Below are positions 45,723 through 54,314 of a stretch of 64,000 bases of DNA, in pieces; position 1 is the first letter of the stretch, and each line of letters starts with the position of its first letter. The stretch comes from Candidatus Micrarchaeia archaeon (lineage in GTDB: Archaea > Micrarchaeota > Micrarchaeia > Anstonellales > Anstonellaceae). Under the pieces are notes generated by a model, which was not told where the DNA came from, ran no database searches, and saw only the letters and a program-made list of their open reading frames with translations. Both the position numbers and the translations under genes were made by a program. The stretch lies in the NCBI GenBank assembly GCA_041650255.1, contig JBAZLL010000001.1, positions 20,667-84,666 on the forward strand, written 5' to 3'.

Positions 45723-46796
45723 TTATTCACAGTGCGCTCCCATCTCTGCAACACAAAATTTGTAAGATGAAATTTTTCCTTTTTTCAGCGCATCTATTAC
45801 CTTTTCAACTTTTTCATCCGCCACAAATGCAATTGCCGCCCCGCCTTTTCCACCAGCGCCAGATAGCTTTGCCGCATCTGCTCCGGAGTCCAATGAAATT
45901 TTTATGGACTTTTCAATTTCAGGGGAGGAAACATTTGCATTTTGCAGTAGCTTATGGTTTTGGTTCATGCATTTTGCAAGAAGATTCGCGTCTTTTTTTA
46001 GCAGGGCTTTTTTTGCGTCCGAATAAATCTCCTCATATTCATAGACGATTTTCTTTCTCTCTTTCTCTTCAAGCTCGGCAGGCATTTTTTTCACTCCTTT
46101 CTCTTTTGCAAAAAGCTCCACCTGCTCTTTTGTGCTTGCTTTCTGCCCATTTTTGCCGGCGCTGTCAATTAAAATAAACGTGTATCCGTCAATTTGTGAA
46201 TCTGTAATCCTCTCTATTCGTGCTCCGGCATTTTTTGAGCCCTGCAAATTATTCTGCGCATTTTTTTCTTCATTGGAACTTGAAAATATTTTTTTGAATT
46301 CAACTACTCCGCCCATGCTTACTGCCGCGGCGTCAATTCCCGACGCCCTTCCATGAGCCGCATCATCCGCGGCTTGCACGTCTTCAAATATGTCTTTTTG
46401 AGAAGCGCTCTTTCTCACCAATGTTCTTACTCCGCAAGAGAATGCGGCTGAAATAGATGCGGAATTTCCAACTCCTTTTATCGGCCAGCACTTTTCCAAT
46501 CTCACATTCACATCCATTTTTTCAAGCGCGGGCGTTTGCAAAAGAAGCCTTTTGTACACCGCCTCTATCGGATGCGTTATGTTTTGTTTTTTAATGCATT
46601 CATCCGCCCCAATCTCAAGCGAGCTTTGGGAAATAGTTGATTTGTAAAAAAGAGCACCTGCCTCGTTTTTGGCCTGCACTCCAACTCTCATCTGATTATT
46701 TGGCTCTATGGCAAGCACTATCCCGCCTGCGCCGTACACTACATAATGTTCGCCAAATAATATTGCCTTGGCAGGTGAATAGCATTCCATTTCCAT
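45723..46796 (-). CDS. mvk: Mevalonate kinase (GHMP kinase)
   Basis: N-terminal AKAILFGEHYVVYG and GHMP ATP-binding motif PIKGVGNSASISAAF. Confidence 0.8.
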   Translation of the reverse strand: MEMECYSPAKAILFGEHYVVYGAGGIVLAIEPNNQMRVGVQAKNEAGALFYKSTISQSSLEIGADECIKKQNITHPIEAVYKRLLLQTPALEKMDVNVRLEKCWPIKGVGNSASISAAFSCGVRTLVRKSASQKDIFEDVQAADDAAHGRASGIDAAAVSMGGVVEFKKIFSSSNEEKNAQNNLQGSKNAGARIERITDSQIDGYTFILIDSAGKNGQKASTKEQVELFAKEKGVKKMPAELEEKERKKIVYEYEEIYSDAKKALLKKDANLLAKCMNQNHKLLQNANVSSPEIEKSIKISLDSGADAAKLSGAGGKGGAAIAFVADEKVEKVIDALKKGKISSYKFCVAEMGAHCE

Positions 46797-46986
46797 GTAT
46801 GGATTTAAGCTCTGGTTTTTTTAAACCCAAACCGCCGATATGCTTCTATGGAAAAATTGGAAATTCTCACAATCTCATTTATCGCAATCCTATTTTTGGC
46901 TGTTCTTGTATGGATGATGTACAAAGAAGGAAGCAAAGCCTCCTGGCAGGCGACAAGCAGGCAGACCCGCGAGCAGAGGGACAAGA

Positions 46987-47781
46987 ATGAAAAGCAAAAA
47001 TAATATTGAAGGCAATTTTATACCTAAAAAAGAAAAAGGGCTTTTTGATAATTTTGCGTTTTTTTCAATTATTTTTTTGGCGCTCTTTGCAATATTTGTA
47101 ATTCTCTTTGTGCAAAATTCCCCTTCCCCAAGTTGGCAATGGGGGGCGGAAGCCCCTCCAATTGCAAAAACGTCCGAATTCAATTTACGCGCGGGGGATT
47201 TTCTGCAATATGATCTTTGGATAAAAAATGCAAGCGGCGGGAAAATAATTATCCGTGCAATTGCAAACAAAAATTGCAGTGGAGTGGTGCTTGCAGACCA
47301 AATTCTTTCACAAAGATATTATTCAAGCATGCAAAACGCCTATGAAAACACAAATGGTGCATACGCAATTTGTATAGGCAAAGACGGTTTTGAAAGAAAT
47401 AAGTTTGGAAATAAAATCGGAAGTGTAATCGGGTTTGAAAATGCAAGCTGGCCTTACTATGCGCCATGGATGCTTTCTTTGAAAGAAAATTTTTCGCTTA
47501 ATGCCAATCAAACACTCACAATAATCCCCTCTAATCAGGTGCAAAAATTTCCTCTAAAAATAGAAGTGTTAAACAAAACCAAAATCCTTGGGCGTGATGC
47601 GTTTTATGTGCAAATAACATCTTATGAAATCAGCTCCGATTATTTTCCTTCCGCATCCGGCAATTCCACAATAAAAAGCATCCGTGCATATATAGATGAT
47701 CAGTATCGAGTATTACTTTCATGGGAAAGCGCCGGCACAAAAGTGGAACTTTCCAATGCCTCGTTTTTGCCAGAACAATGA
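46987..47781 (+). CDS. Membrane-anchored hypothetical protein
   Basis: N-terminal TM FDNFAFFSIIFLALFAIFVILFV, then a ~220 aa domain with no motif recognised. Confidence 0.45.
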   Translation: MKSKNNIEGNFIPKKEKGLFDNFAFFSIIFLALFAIFVILFVQNSPSPSWQWGAEAPPIAKTSEFNLRAGDFLQYDLWIKNASGGKIIIRAIANKNCSGVVLADQILSQRYYSSMQNAYENTNGAYAICIGKDGFERNKFGNKIGSVIGFENASWPYYAPWMLSLKENFSLNANQTLTIIPSNQVQKFPLKIEVLNKTKILGRDAFYVQITSYEISSDYFPSASGNSTIKSIRAYIDDQYRVLLSWESAGTKVELSNASFLPEQ

Positions 47782-47837
47782 TTTATGTCGTTAGATATGT
47801 TTATATATGAAAAAAGAGAAATAGAATTGAGCTTTTT

Positions 47838-49484
47838 ATGCGAACGATTAAAGTGTCAGAATATCCACTCGACACATCTGAAAAGTCCAAGCGTTTTTGC
47901 CACCCCAAGCGCAAAATACATTATAGTCGAGACGAGGTACGATTGGTGAATCTTCTTTTGAGCGAGCCGTTAATCAAACGAGGTACGAGCTATTCGCAAT
48001 GCAGATATGAAATTAATAGAATGGAATCTGAACTTATTGATGACTGGAAAGATGCTCCAAAATATCAGCAAGACGCCCTCAAACTTTCTATAATGTTGAA
48101 GAAAAGTGACCATCCTCTCAATGGAAAAAAATCCAACAAGATCTCATGGCGGGTAGATGAAACCCCACGGCTTGCGCATTTTATCGAGCCTGCATACCGA
48201 TTAAGCATGTTGCATGCAGACCTTGATGAGGTTATCTCAACTTTGCATCACGATGATATTGAGGACGGTCTCAAGAATGTAAATGAAATCCGCAACGCCC
48301 TAAGAAAAGGCGCGCGGAGCGATGTACCAACCCAAATTCTTTCCGAGTGCGTTGTCTGGCACGTCAAAGCCCTGTCTAATACCTACAAAACTCCACGTGT
48401 GCGGGCGCAAATAAACAGCCCATCCGACATCTATTCTCCCAAAGTATTGAGCTATCTAAATGGACGGCTATCTGCGGAGGACATGTATCTGCGCGATATC
48501 AACTCGCTTCCTCTCGCCGGGCCGCGTGTCGTAAAAATAACTGGAGACCGGCTTCACAATGTGCAGTCTAATTTGGATCCAAAAAAATACCTTGACTTGA
48601 TTGTGCATTCCTACATAAAGGCTTTCAGAAGCCTTAATTGGGCGAAAAAATATCATTATGCAACCGGCTATTATACGCTTGAGGCGATAAAGTTGGGGCT
48701 TGAAAGAATAGTCAATGTTTTCGGGGAAGATGCAATAAAGTTATTTTCTATTCCAAAAAAAGGGGATGCACGCTTTCCAAAAGGCACGGATGTAAAATTC
48801 CCCTTGGATATTTTTTCGGCATATGACTATCACAAATATAACAAATCCTTTGAGCAGGACGAGCACGATTTCAATATGGTTGAACTGGCAGGCATTCGCT
48901 CCGAACTCAGCATAGACACCATGAGAAAGCTACCGTATATGGGTACGAAAGTAGCGGTTATTTTTGCGCCCGGCAAATTGTATTATTCACGGGTTGATGA
49001 GCATCCAATTGAAGTGCAATTGCCAAGGCGGCTTCCTTCGGATGAGCAATCAAACTGGCTATCTTTGGATCCAGCGTCTGAACAAGGCTGGACTCAATTA
49101 AGAAGTGAAGATGTAGTCAAAGAATTTCAGAAAGGAATTGATGCCTACAAGCTTCCCTTTATTGTGGAATTAGTGCCAAGCATACTGCCCGGAAAAATGG
49201 GTATGGATTCGATAATGCTAAGCCTCAAATTCTGCGGGGGGGATTCATTTAGCGGTTATCTTGAGAAAGATGGTTCAGGCCTGGCAGCGCAAAAAAAATA
49301 TGTGTCAATAATATACGACCTCTCCGATCTTTTGCGCGATTTTTTGGAAAATAGCTTCAAAGCAAAACCTCGCGGCATGCTGTTCTTGCAGGACAATGTG
49401 ATGCCTCCGCAAGATAGTTATGAGCAAATATCAAACAAACTTTTCAAAAACCAGAAACCTATCCAGGATAGCCTTTTTGATTAA
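47838..49484 (+). CDS. HD-domain protein of the RelA/SpoT (ppGpp hydrolase, Mesh1-like) type with ~300 aa uncharacterised C-terminal extension
   Basis: LHADLDEVISTLHHDDIEDG matches AALLHDVVEDT. VKITGDRLHNVQS matches VKLADRLHNMRT. A TATA TTTATATAT lies ~35 nt upstream. Confidence 0.5.
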   Translation: MRTIKVSEYPLDTSEKSKRFCHPKRKIHYSRDEVRLVNLLLSEPLIKRGTSYSQCRYEINRMESELIDDWKDAPKYQQDALKLSIMLKKSDHPLNGKKSNKISWRVDETPRLAHFIEPAYRLSMLHADLDEVISTLHHDDIEDGLKNVNEIRNALRKGARSDVPTQILSECVVWHVKALSNTYKTPRVRAQINSPSDIYSPKVLSYLNGRLSAEDMYLRDINSLPLAGPRVVKITGDRLHNVQSNLDPKKYLDLIVHSYIKAFRSLNWAKKYHYATGYYTLEAIKLGLERIVNVFGEDAIKLFSIPKKGDARFPKGTDVKFPLDIFSAYDYHKYNKSFEQDEHDFNMVELAGIRSELSIDTMRKLPYMGTKVAVIFAPGKLYYSRVDEHPIEVQLPRRLPSDEQSNWLSLDPASEQGWTQLRSEDVVKEFQKGIDAYKLPFIVELVPSILPGKMGMDSIMLSLKFCGGDSFSGYLEKDGSGLAAQKKYVSIIYDLSDLLRDFLENSFKAKPRGMLFLQDNVMPPQDSYEQISNKLFKNQKPIQDSLFD

Positions 49485-49515
49485 ATTCCAATTTTTTTTC
49501 TAAAAAGCCGCAGTG

Positions 49516-50316
49516 TTATTTTTTAGTATTCGCATTCTCAAAACTTTCTTCTTCTGCAAAATGCATCTTCGCGCAAATGATAATTATCGCAGGCCCCTCT
49601 TTCTCATTTTTCAAATTTTTATAATCCCTAATTTCCCCGGCCCAAACCTTTTCATCTTCCCATCCAACATGCCAAAGAACAAAAATCTTTGAATCGGGCA
49701 GGATGATTTTTTCTTTTATCTCTCCTGCAACAATCTTTTTCTCCTGTGCGCGATTCAATACTTCAAGCGCCTGCGAAGGTTTCATCGGACCCATCTGCAC
49801 GTCAATATCCAGAAGGCATAATGTATGTGCGTCAATTTTTTTATTGGCGCAAATCACATCCAAAAACGAAGTCGGCTCAAAGTTTTTTCTCCAATAAGTG
49901 ATAGTTGCGGTTTTTCCAAATTTATAATTTTGCAATCCTGCCGCTCCCGGAGCGGCGGAAAAAATTGAGGATGCATGAAGCACTTTTGCATCTATCTTAT
50001 TTTTTTTAGCCGCCTGCAAAAGCGAACTGTGGGTCGTGGCGCTCATCGGGTCTCCGGGCACAAGAAAAGCAACAAATTTGTCATCATTTTCAAACGCGTC
50101 AATAATCTTCTTCTCTCCCTCAACCTCCTCTCTTGCAAGGAGTTCAATCTTTTTTCCAATAATTTTTTCAAGCCGATTAAGCGTTTTATCCTTCATCAGA
50201 TTTGTATAATTTTCAGCAAACACTTTATCGCATTTTTTCAGTGTCTCAATTGAGCGCGAAGACAAATCCAGCTCATCGCATAGCCCCATGCCAATTAGAT
50301 AAAGCGTGTTTTTCAT
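49516..50316 (-). CDS. dph5: Diphthine synthase
   Basis: Tetrapyrrole-methylase fold with LYLIGMGL and VPGDPMSATTH. The ATG at 50316 (MKNTLYLIG) is preferred over the GTG at 50355 used by the track. Confidence 0.8.
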   Translation of the reverse strand: MKNTLYLIGMGLCDELDLSSRSIETLKKCDKVFAENYTNLMKDKTLNRLEKIIGKKIELLAREEVEGEKKIIDAFENDDKFVAFLVPGDPMSATTHSSLLQAAKKNKIDAKVLHASSIFSAAPGAAGLQNYKFGKTATITYWRKNFEPTSFLDVICANKKIDAHTLCLLDIDVQMGPMKPSQALEVLNRAQEKKIVAGEIKEKIILPDSKIFVLWHVGWEDEKVWAGEIRDYKNLKNEKEGPAIIIICAKMHFAEEESFENANTKK

Positions 50317-50333
50317 ATCGGAAATTAGGTTTG

Positions 50334-50346
50334 CGAATAAATTTAA
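50334..50346. promoter_or_regulatory. Central AT-rich TATA-like element (AATAAATTTAA) shared by divergent dph5 and the downstream + strand gene
   Basis: It lies ~26 nt from the dph5 start (50316, minus) and ~28 nt from the GTG at 50370 (plus). Confidence 0.3.
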
Positions 50347-50369
50347 CTCTGCCACCCCCCTATTCTTTA

Positions 50370-51629
50370 GTGGACATTCTCAAGCTTGCAAAAGAAGACA
50401 GCAAAAAAATCAGCCCGACAAAACCAAGAAGCGAACTAAACGAGCTGTGCCCAAATTGCAGGCAAAACGGGCGGGTGTATTGCCCGCACAAGCCCCTTTT
50501 GGCAATCAAGGCGGCAAACGCGCAAAAATTCGACAAGACGGAATTTTTCGGACCGTCCCCCCCAAATCTATTCGTGGGGCATTTCTCATATCCTCAAATT
50601 ACATGGGGTCCGACGGTCGGATTGGCAGAAAATGTTCCTGACAATCCAAAGGATTGGTATGGCTGGGATTTTGACAAAATAGTTTATGCGCGAAGCATGC
50701 AAATTCGCGGGCAAGTTTCCTCTTCTGTTCACATAGCAAAAAGCCCCGGCTTTGCACGGGCGCCGTCTCTTTCGCGCATTGTACTAGACTCTCAAGAGTC
50801 TGCAATGTCGATTAATCCTGTTGATTTGGAAACCCATTTTTCCAAAAAGCCGACATTAAATGTTTCATTTCATCAAATAAACCAGCCGACGGGTCCGTCT
50901 GCCCCACTTCTAAAAATGAGAGTTGCGGACAATCCTAAAATTCCCTCAAAGGTGGATGAGCTTGTGTCTGAAGGGGTGCGCGCGAATGCGGCGATGGCGG
51001 AACTTCTTTTTGAGGGGTTTGACGAGCACTATCTCACCCGGCTTTTGACCGCCGGTGTTTTGGGGCAAAAAGATGCGCGGCGCTTCGTTCCGACAAAATG
51101 GGGCATCACTGCGGTTGATGACACAATTGCAAAAGAGCACATGAAAAAAATAAGAGAAATGCCCCAAATAAACGAGTTCATGCTTTTCTCAAACGAATAT
51201 CTTGCGAACCGATTTTTCATTCTTCTTCTTCCCGGTGCATGGGAATATGAAAATTTTGAGAGCTGGTGCGGGGCGAATTCCTCTGCTACAAGCTGTGAAT
51301 ATGAAGGCTATTTCGGGCGCAGTGATTATGCCCAAAAGCAAGGAGGCGGATATTATGCGGCTCGCTTGTCTGTGTGTGAAGCGCTCGCAACCAAAATAAA
51401 AAAGCAGGCACGGGTGGTACTGATTCGCGAGATAATGCCTGAGTATGATTTGCCTGTGGGAGTTTGGGAAATCCGCGAGAATGTTCGTCATGCCTTCCTA
51501 AACAACGGGCAAAAATTTTCAAATCAACAAGAGCTTATGAGTGAGCTTTCAAAAAAACTCAAACTGCCCCTCTCAACCTATATTTGCAAAAGCTCTGTTC
51601 TGCGACAACGCAAGCTTACCGACTACTAA
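50370..51629 (+). CDS. Conserved hypothetical protein with N-terminal CxxC-x8-CPH zinc-binding-like motif (possibly Nre/COG1602 family); start uncertain (GTG)
   Basis: Long ORF containing LCPNCRQNGRVYCPHKP. No in-frame ATG exists downstream of the dph5 overlap, so GTG 50370 is proposed. The family assignment is tentative. Confidence 0.35.
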   Translation: MDILKLAKEDSKKISPTKPRSELNELCPNCRQNGRVYCPHKPLLAIKAANAQKFDKTEFFGPSPPNLFVGHFSYPQITWGPTVGLAENVPDNPKDWYGWDFDKIVYARSMQIRGQVSSSVHIAKSPGFARAPSLSRIVLDSQESAMSINPVDLETHFSKKPTLNVSFHQINQPTGPSAPLLKMRVADNPKIPSKVDELVSEGVRANAAMAELLFEGFDEHYLTRLLTAGVLGQKDARRFVPTKWGITAVDDTIAKEHMKKIREMPQINEFMLFSNEYLANRFFILLLPGAWEYENFESWCGANSSATSCEYEGYFGRSDYAQKQGGGYYAARLSVCEALATKIKKQARVVLIREIMPEYDLPVGVWEIRENVRHAFLNNGQKFSNQQELMSELSKKLKLPLSTYICKSSVLRQRKLTDY

Positions 51630-51681
51630 TTATTTTTGCCCAATTGCAAAGCAATAATAATCTCACATTCGTCAGTTGCGC

Positions 51682-53193
51682 ATGAATTTTATTGATCGTG
51701 CTTCACAACAGCGGCGTTGGAGCCAAGTTATTGACTTAATCGCAATCCTATTTTTCCTCATTATAATTATCAGCCCTGTCTTTTTCATCTTCACCGGACT
51801 GGGCAATTTTGTTTTTTCCATACAGATGCAAGATGCACTCGTTGTTTCATTTAGCATAGCCATTCTTGTGACCATAATTGATTTGCTTTTTGGAATTCCG
51901 CTTGCATGGCTTTTGGCAAGAAAACAATTTCCTCTCAAGCGCGTGGTTGATACTCTTGTGGATTTGCCATTGGTTATTCCAACAAGCGCGCTGGGTCTTT
52001 CAATCGCGCTTTTTTGGGGCACATCCGGCATCGGATTTTTGGCGCCTGGCTTTTTGATGATTGTGCTTTTGCATATCACATTCACATTTCCTTATGTAGT
52101 TCGCACGACTCAAGCGGCAATTTTGGGAATTGACGGCGATCTTGGGCGCGCCGCTTCAACCCTTGGCGCTTCTCCGCTCCTTTCTTTTCGCACAATCTGG
52201 CTCCCTCTTTTTCGTGCCGGCGCAATATCGGGCGCACTGCTCGCATTCACCCGTTCTCTGGGTGAAACCGGCGCAACTCTCATAGTTGCCGGAGCGGTTC
52301 AAACAGTCCCGATTCTCACAGTTTATTACAAAAATTCAATTCCTACAAACATGGATGCCGCAATTTCGCTCTCCGCGATATTTCTGATAATATCTGTATT
52401 TATCTTCATGGTTGCGCACAGCCAACTTGTCCCTGCCAGCCTTCGCATGCGTAAAGTGAATGCGCAGGCGGAAAAACGGCTTAGTCAATTAGGCGTGTTT
52501 TCCGATGCCGCCAGCGTGCTGTTTTTGTTTTTGCTCGTTCTACTGCCCTCGTTTTATTTCCTGCGGTTCATGGGCTTTGATTTTGGCATAACATCTTTGC
52601 TTACCGATTCCATTCTAATCTCTTTTCTTGTAGCCGGCGCCGCGACACTTCTTTCGCTCGTGTTTGGAATTCCTCTCGCACTTTACATCGCTTCAAAACA
52701 AAAATTAAGCAACATAATGAAACTTCTAAACGACATGGGCATGATTATGCCAACCGTTACAATAGGCTTGTCGCTTTCTCTTTTTTGGGCGGGCAGGGCT
52801 CCGGATGCAATAATTCTCGTGCTTGCCCACACGGCGATAATTTTCCCGTATTTTGTGGGGTCTGTAAGCGAAGTGCTTTCCGAGCTTGATGAAAATCTTG
52901 TGCAGGTTGCCCGCTCTTTGGGCGCATCTCCATTTTATGCATTTCACACTGTTATTCTTCCGCTTGCAAAGCCGAGCATAATCGCGGGTATTGTAGTCGC
53001 GTTCATGCGCAGTGTGAGTGAGACTGGCGGCACACTGGCAGTATCAAGCAAGATTCAGACAGTTCCGCTTCTCATAGTAAATTTGAGCAAAGCCGGCGAT
53101 TCGGCGCAGGCCGCTTTTTCCGCCGCAGTTCTTGTGGCGCTCGCATTGGTTTTTGTGTTAGCTCTTAGATGGAATCAACAAAAGAAATGGTGA
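51682..53193 (+). CDS. ABC transporter permease with two fused transmembrane domains (FbpB/ThiP/CysTW-like)
   Basis: Two copies of a 6-TM permease module, each with an EAA-like loop (RSLGETGATLIVAGAV; ARSLGASPFYAFHTVILPLAKPSIIAG). Confidence 0.8.
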   Translation: MNFIDRASQQRRWSQVIDLIAILFFLIIIISPVFFIFTGLGNFVFSIQMQDALVVSFSIAILVTIIDLLFGIPLAWLLARKQFPLKRVVDTLVDLPLVIPTSALGLSIALFWGTSGIGFLAPGFLMIVLLHITFTFPYVVRTTQAAILGIDGDLGRAASTLGASPLLSFRTIWLPLFRAGAISGALLAFTRSLGETGATLIVAGAVQTVPILTVYYKNSIPTNMDAAISLSAIFLIISVFIFMVAHSQLVPASLRMRKVNAQAEKRLSQLGVFSDAASVLFLFLLVLLPSFYFLRFMGFDFGITSLLTDSILISFLVAGAATLLSLVFGIPLALYIASKQKLSNIMKLLNDMGMIMPTVTIGLSLSLFWAGRAPDAIILVLAHTAIIFPYFVGSVSEVLSELDENLVQVARSLGASPFYAFHTVILPLAKPSIIAGIVVAFMRSVSETGGTLAVSSKIQTVPLLIVNLSKAGDSAQAAFSAAVLVALALVFVLALRWNQQKKW

Positions 53194-53197
53194 TATT

Positions 53198-54229
53198 ATG
53201 CCCTCAATTCATGCAAGCAATGTATCCAAATATTATGGCTCGGTCAAGGCATTGCACAATGTTGATTTGAAAATTTCCGATGGCGAGTACGTGGTTCTGC
53301 TCGGACCTTCCGGTTGCGGCAAAACCACGCTTTTGAAAATAATCGCGGGCATTGTTGTGCCAAGTTCGGGAACAATATCAATCGCGGGCAAAGATGTGAC
53401 AACTTTTTATCCAGAAGACCGCGGGATAGGTTTTGTATTTCAAAACTATGCTCTTTTCATGCACATGAATGCCCTTGACAACGCGGCTTACGGTCTGCTT
53501 GCCCGGGGGGAAAATGTGCAAAAGGCGCATCGCATTGCAACCGAAATGTTGCAAATGGTGCATCTGTCCGAGCGTGCGGATGCAATGCCAAAAGAGTTTT
53601 CAGGAGGAATGCAGCAGCGGCTTGCAATCGCGCGCGCAATGGCAACTGGCTCCAAGGTGATATTTTTGGATGAGCCGACAAATGCTCTTGACGCCCACAT
53701 TCGCTCCGAATTGCGCGTGGAACTTAGGCGCATGGCTAAAAGTCTCAAACTCACCGCGATTCATGTCACTCACGACCAAGAGGAGGCGATGGCATTAGCT
53801 GATAAAATCGTCATAATGCGCAAGGGAAAAATATTGCAAATCGGCTCTCCAAAAGAAGTGTACGATCATCCTATCAACCCGTTCGTGGCCAGCTTTTTGG
53901 GAGAAGCAAATTTCATGCGTGTAAAATTTGAAGACGGAAAAACCAATCTTTTGGGGCACGTCATCAAGTCGGATCTTAATGGAAATTATATTGCCTGTCT
54001 CCGACCCGAAGCACTGCATCTTGGAACAAAGGGTACCCGAATAAAAGTCATTAATTGCCGCCCGTTTGGTCCATTTTTCAAATATGATGTGGACTTCAAC
54101 GGACTGCAACTCTCTGTTCGCTCAACTCACGATGAAAGCAGTCAAGAGCATATCACATTCGAACCATCTGACGTAATATACTTCAAGGAGCCCGAAGAAG
54201 GGCTTGAAAAATCGCTCTTGAGCAATTAA
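53198..54229 (+). CDS. ABC transporter ATP-binding protein with C-terminal TOBE-like domain
   Basis: Walker A LLGPSGCGKTT, signature FSGGMQQRLAIARA, Walker B VIFLDEPTNALD, H-loop VTHDQ. Confidence 0.85.
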   Translation: MPSIHASNVSKYYGSVKALHNVDLKISDGEYVVLLGPSGCGKTTLLKIIAGIVVPSSGTISIAGKDVTTFYPEDRGIGFVFQNYALFMHMNALDNAAYGLLARGENVQKAHRIATEMLQMVHLSERADAMPKEFSGGMQQRLAIARAMATGSKVIFLDEPTNALDAHIRSELRVELRRMAKSLKLTAIHVTHDQEEAMALADKIVIMRKGKILQIGSPKEVYDHPINPFVASFLGEANFMRVKFEDGKTNLLGHVIKSDLNGNYIACLRPEALHLGTKGTRIKVINCRPFGPFFKYDVDFNGLQLSVRSTHDESSQEHITFEPSDVIYFKEPEEGLEKSLLSN

Positions 54230-54314
54230 CATCTTTTTCATTTCTATGGACATTTATATACAGAAACCACGTGTATACCTTTAGTACAAATTCAATTCGT
54301 GGTGTGTGAGAAAT

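Noticed and set aside
46637-46990. 117-aa + strand ORF
   Set aside because: It largely overlaps the mvk coding region on the opposite strand, and no motif supports it.
48280-49484. RelA/SpoT synthetase domain in the C-terminal half of the HD protein
   Set aside because: Only a weak ELAGIRS resemblance to the DxxGxR motif. The RxKxxxSxxxK and YxSxH blocks are not found, so no synthetase call is made.
50202-50369. Upstream TTG start for the CxxC-protein ORF
   Set aside because: It would overlap dph5 by more than 100 nt. GTG 50370, at TATA-appropriate spacing, is more plausible.
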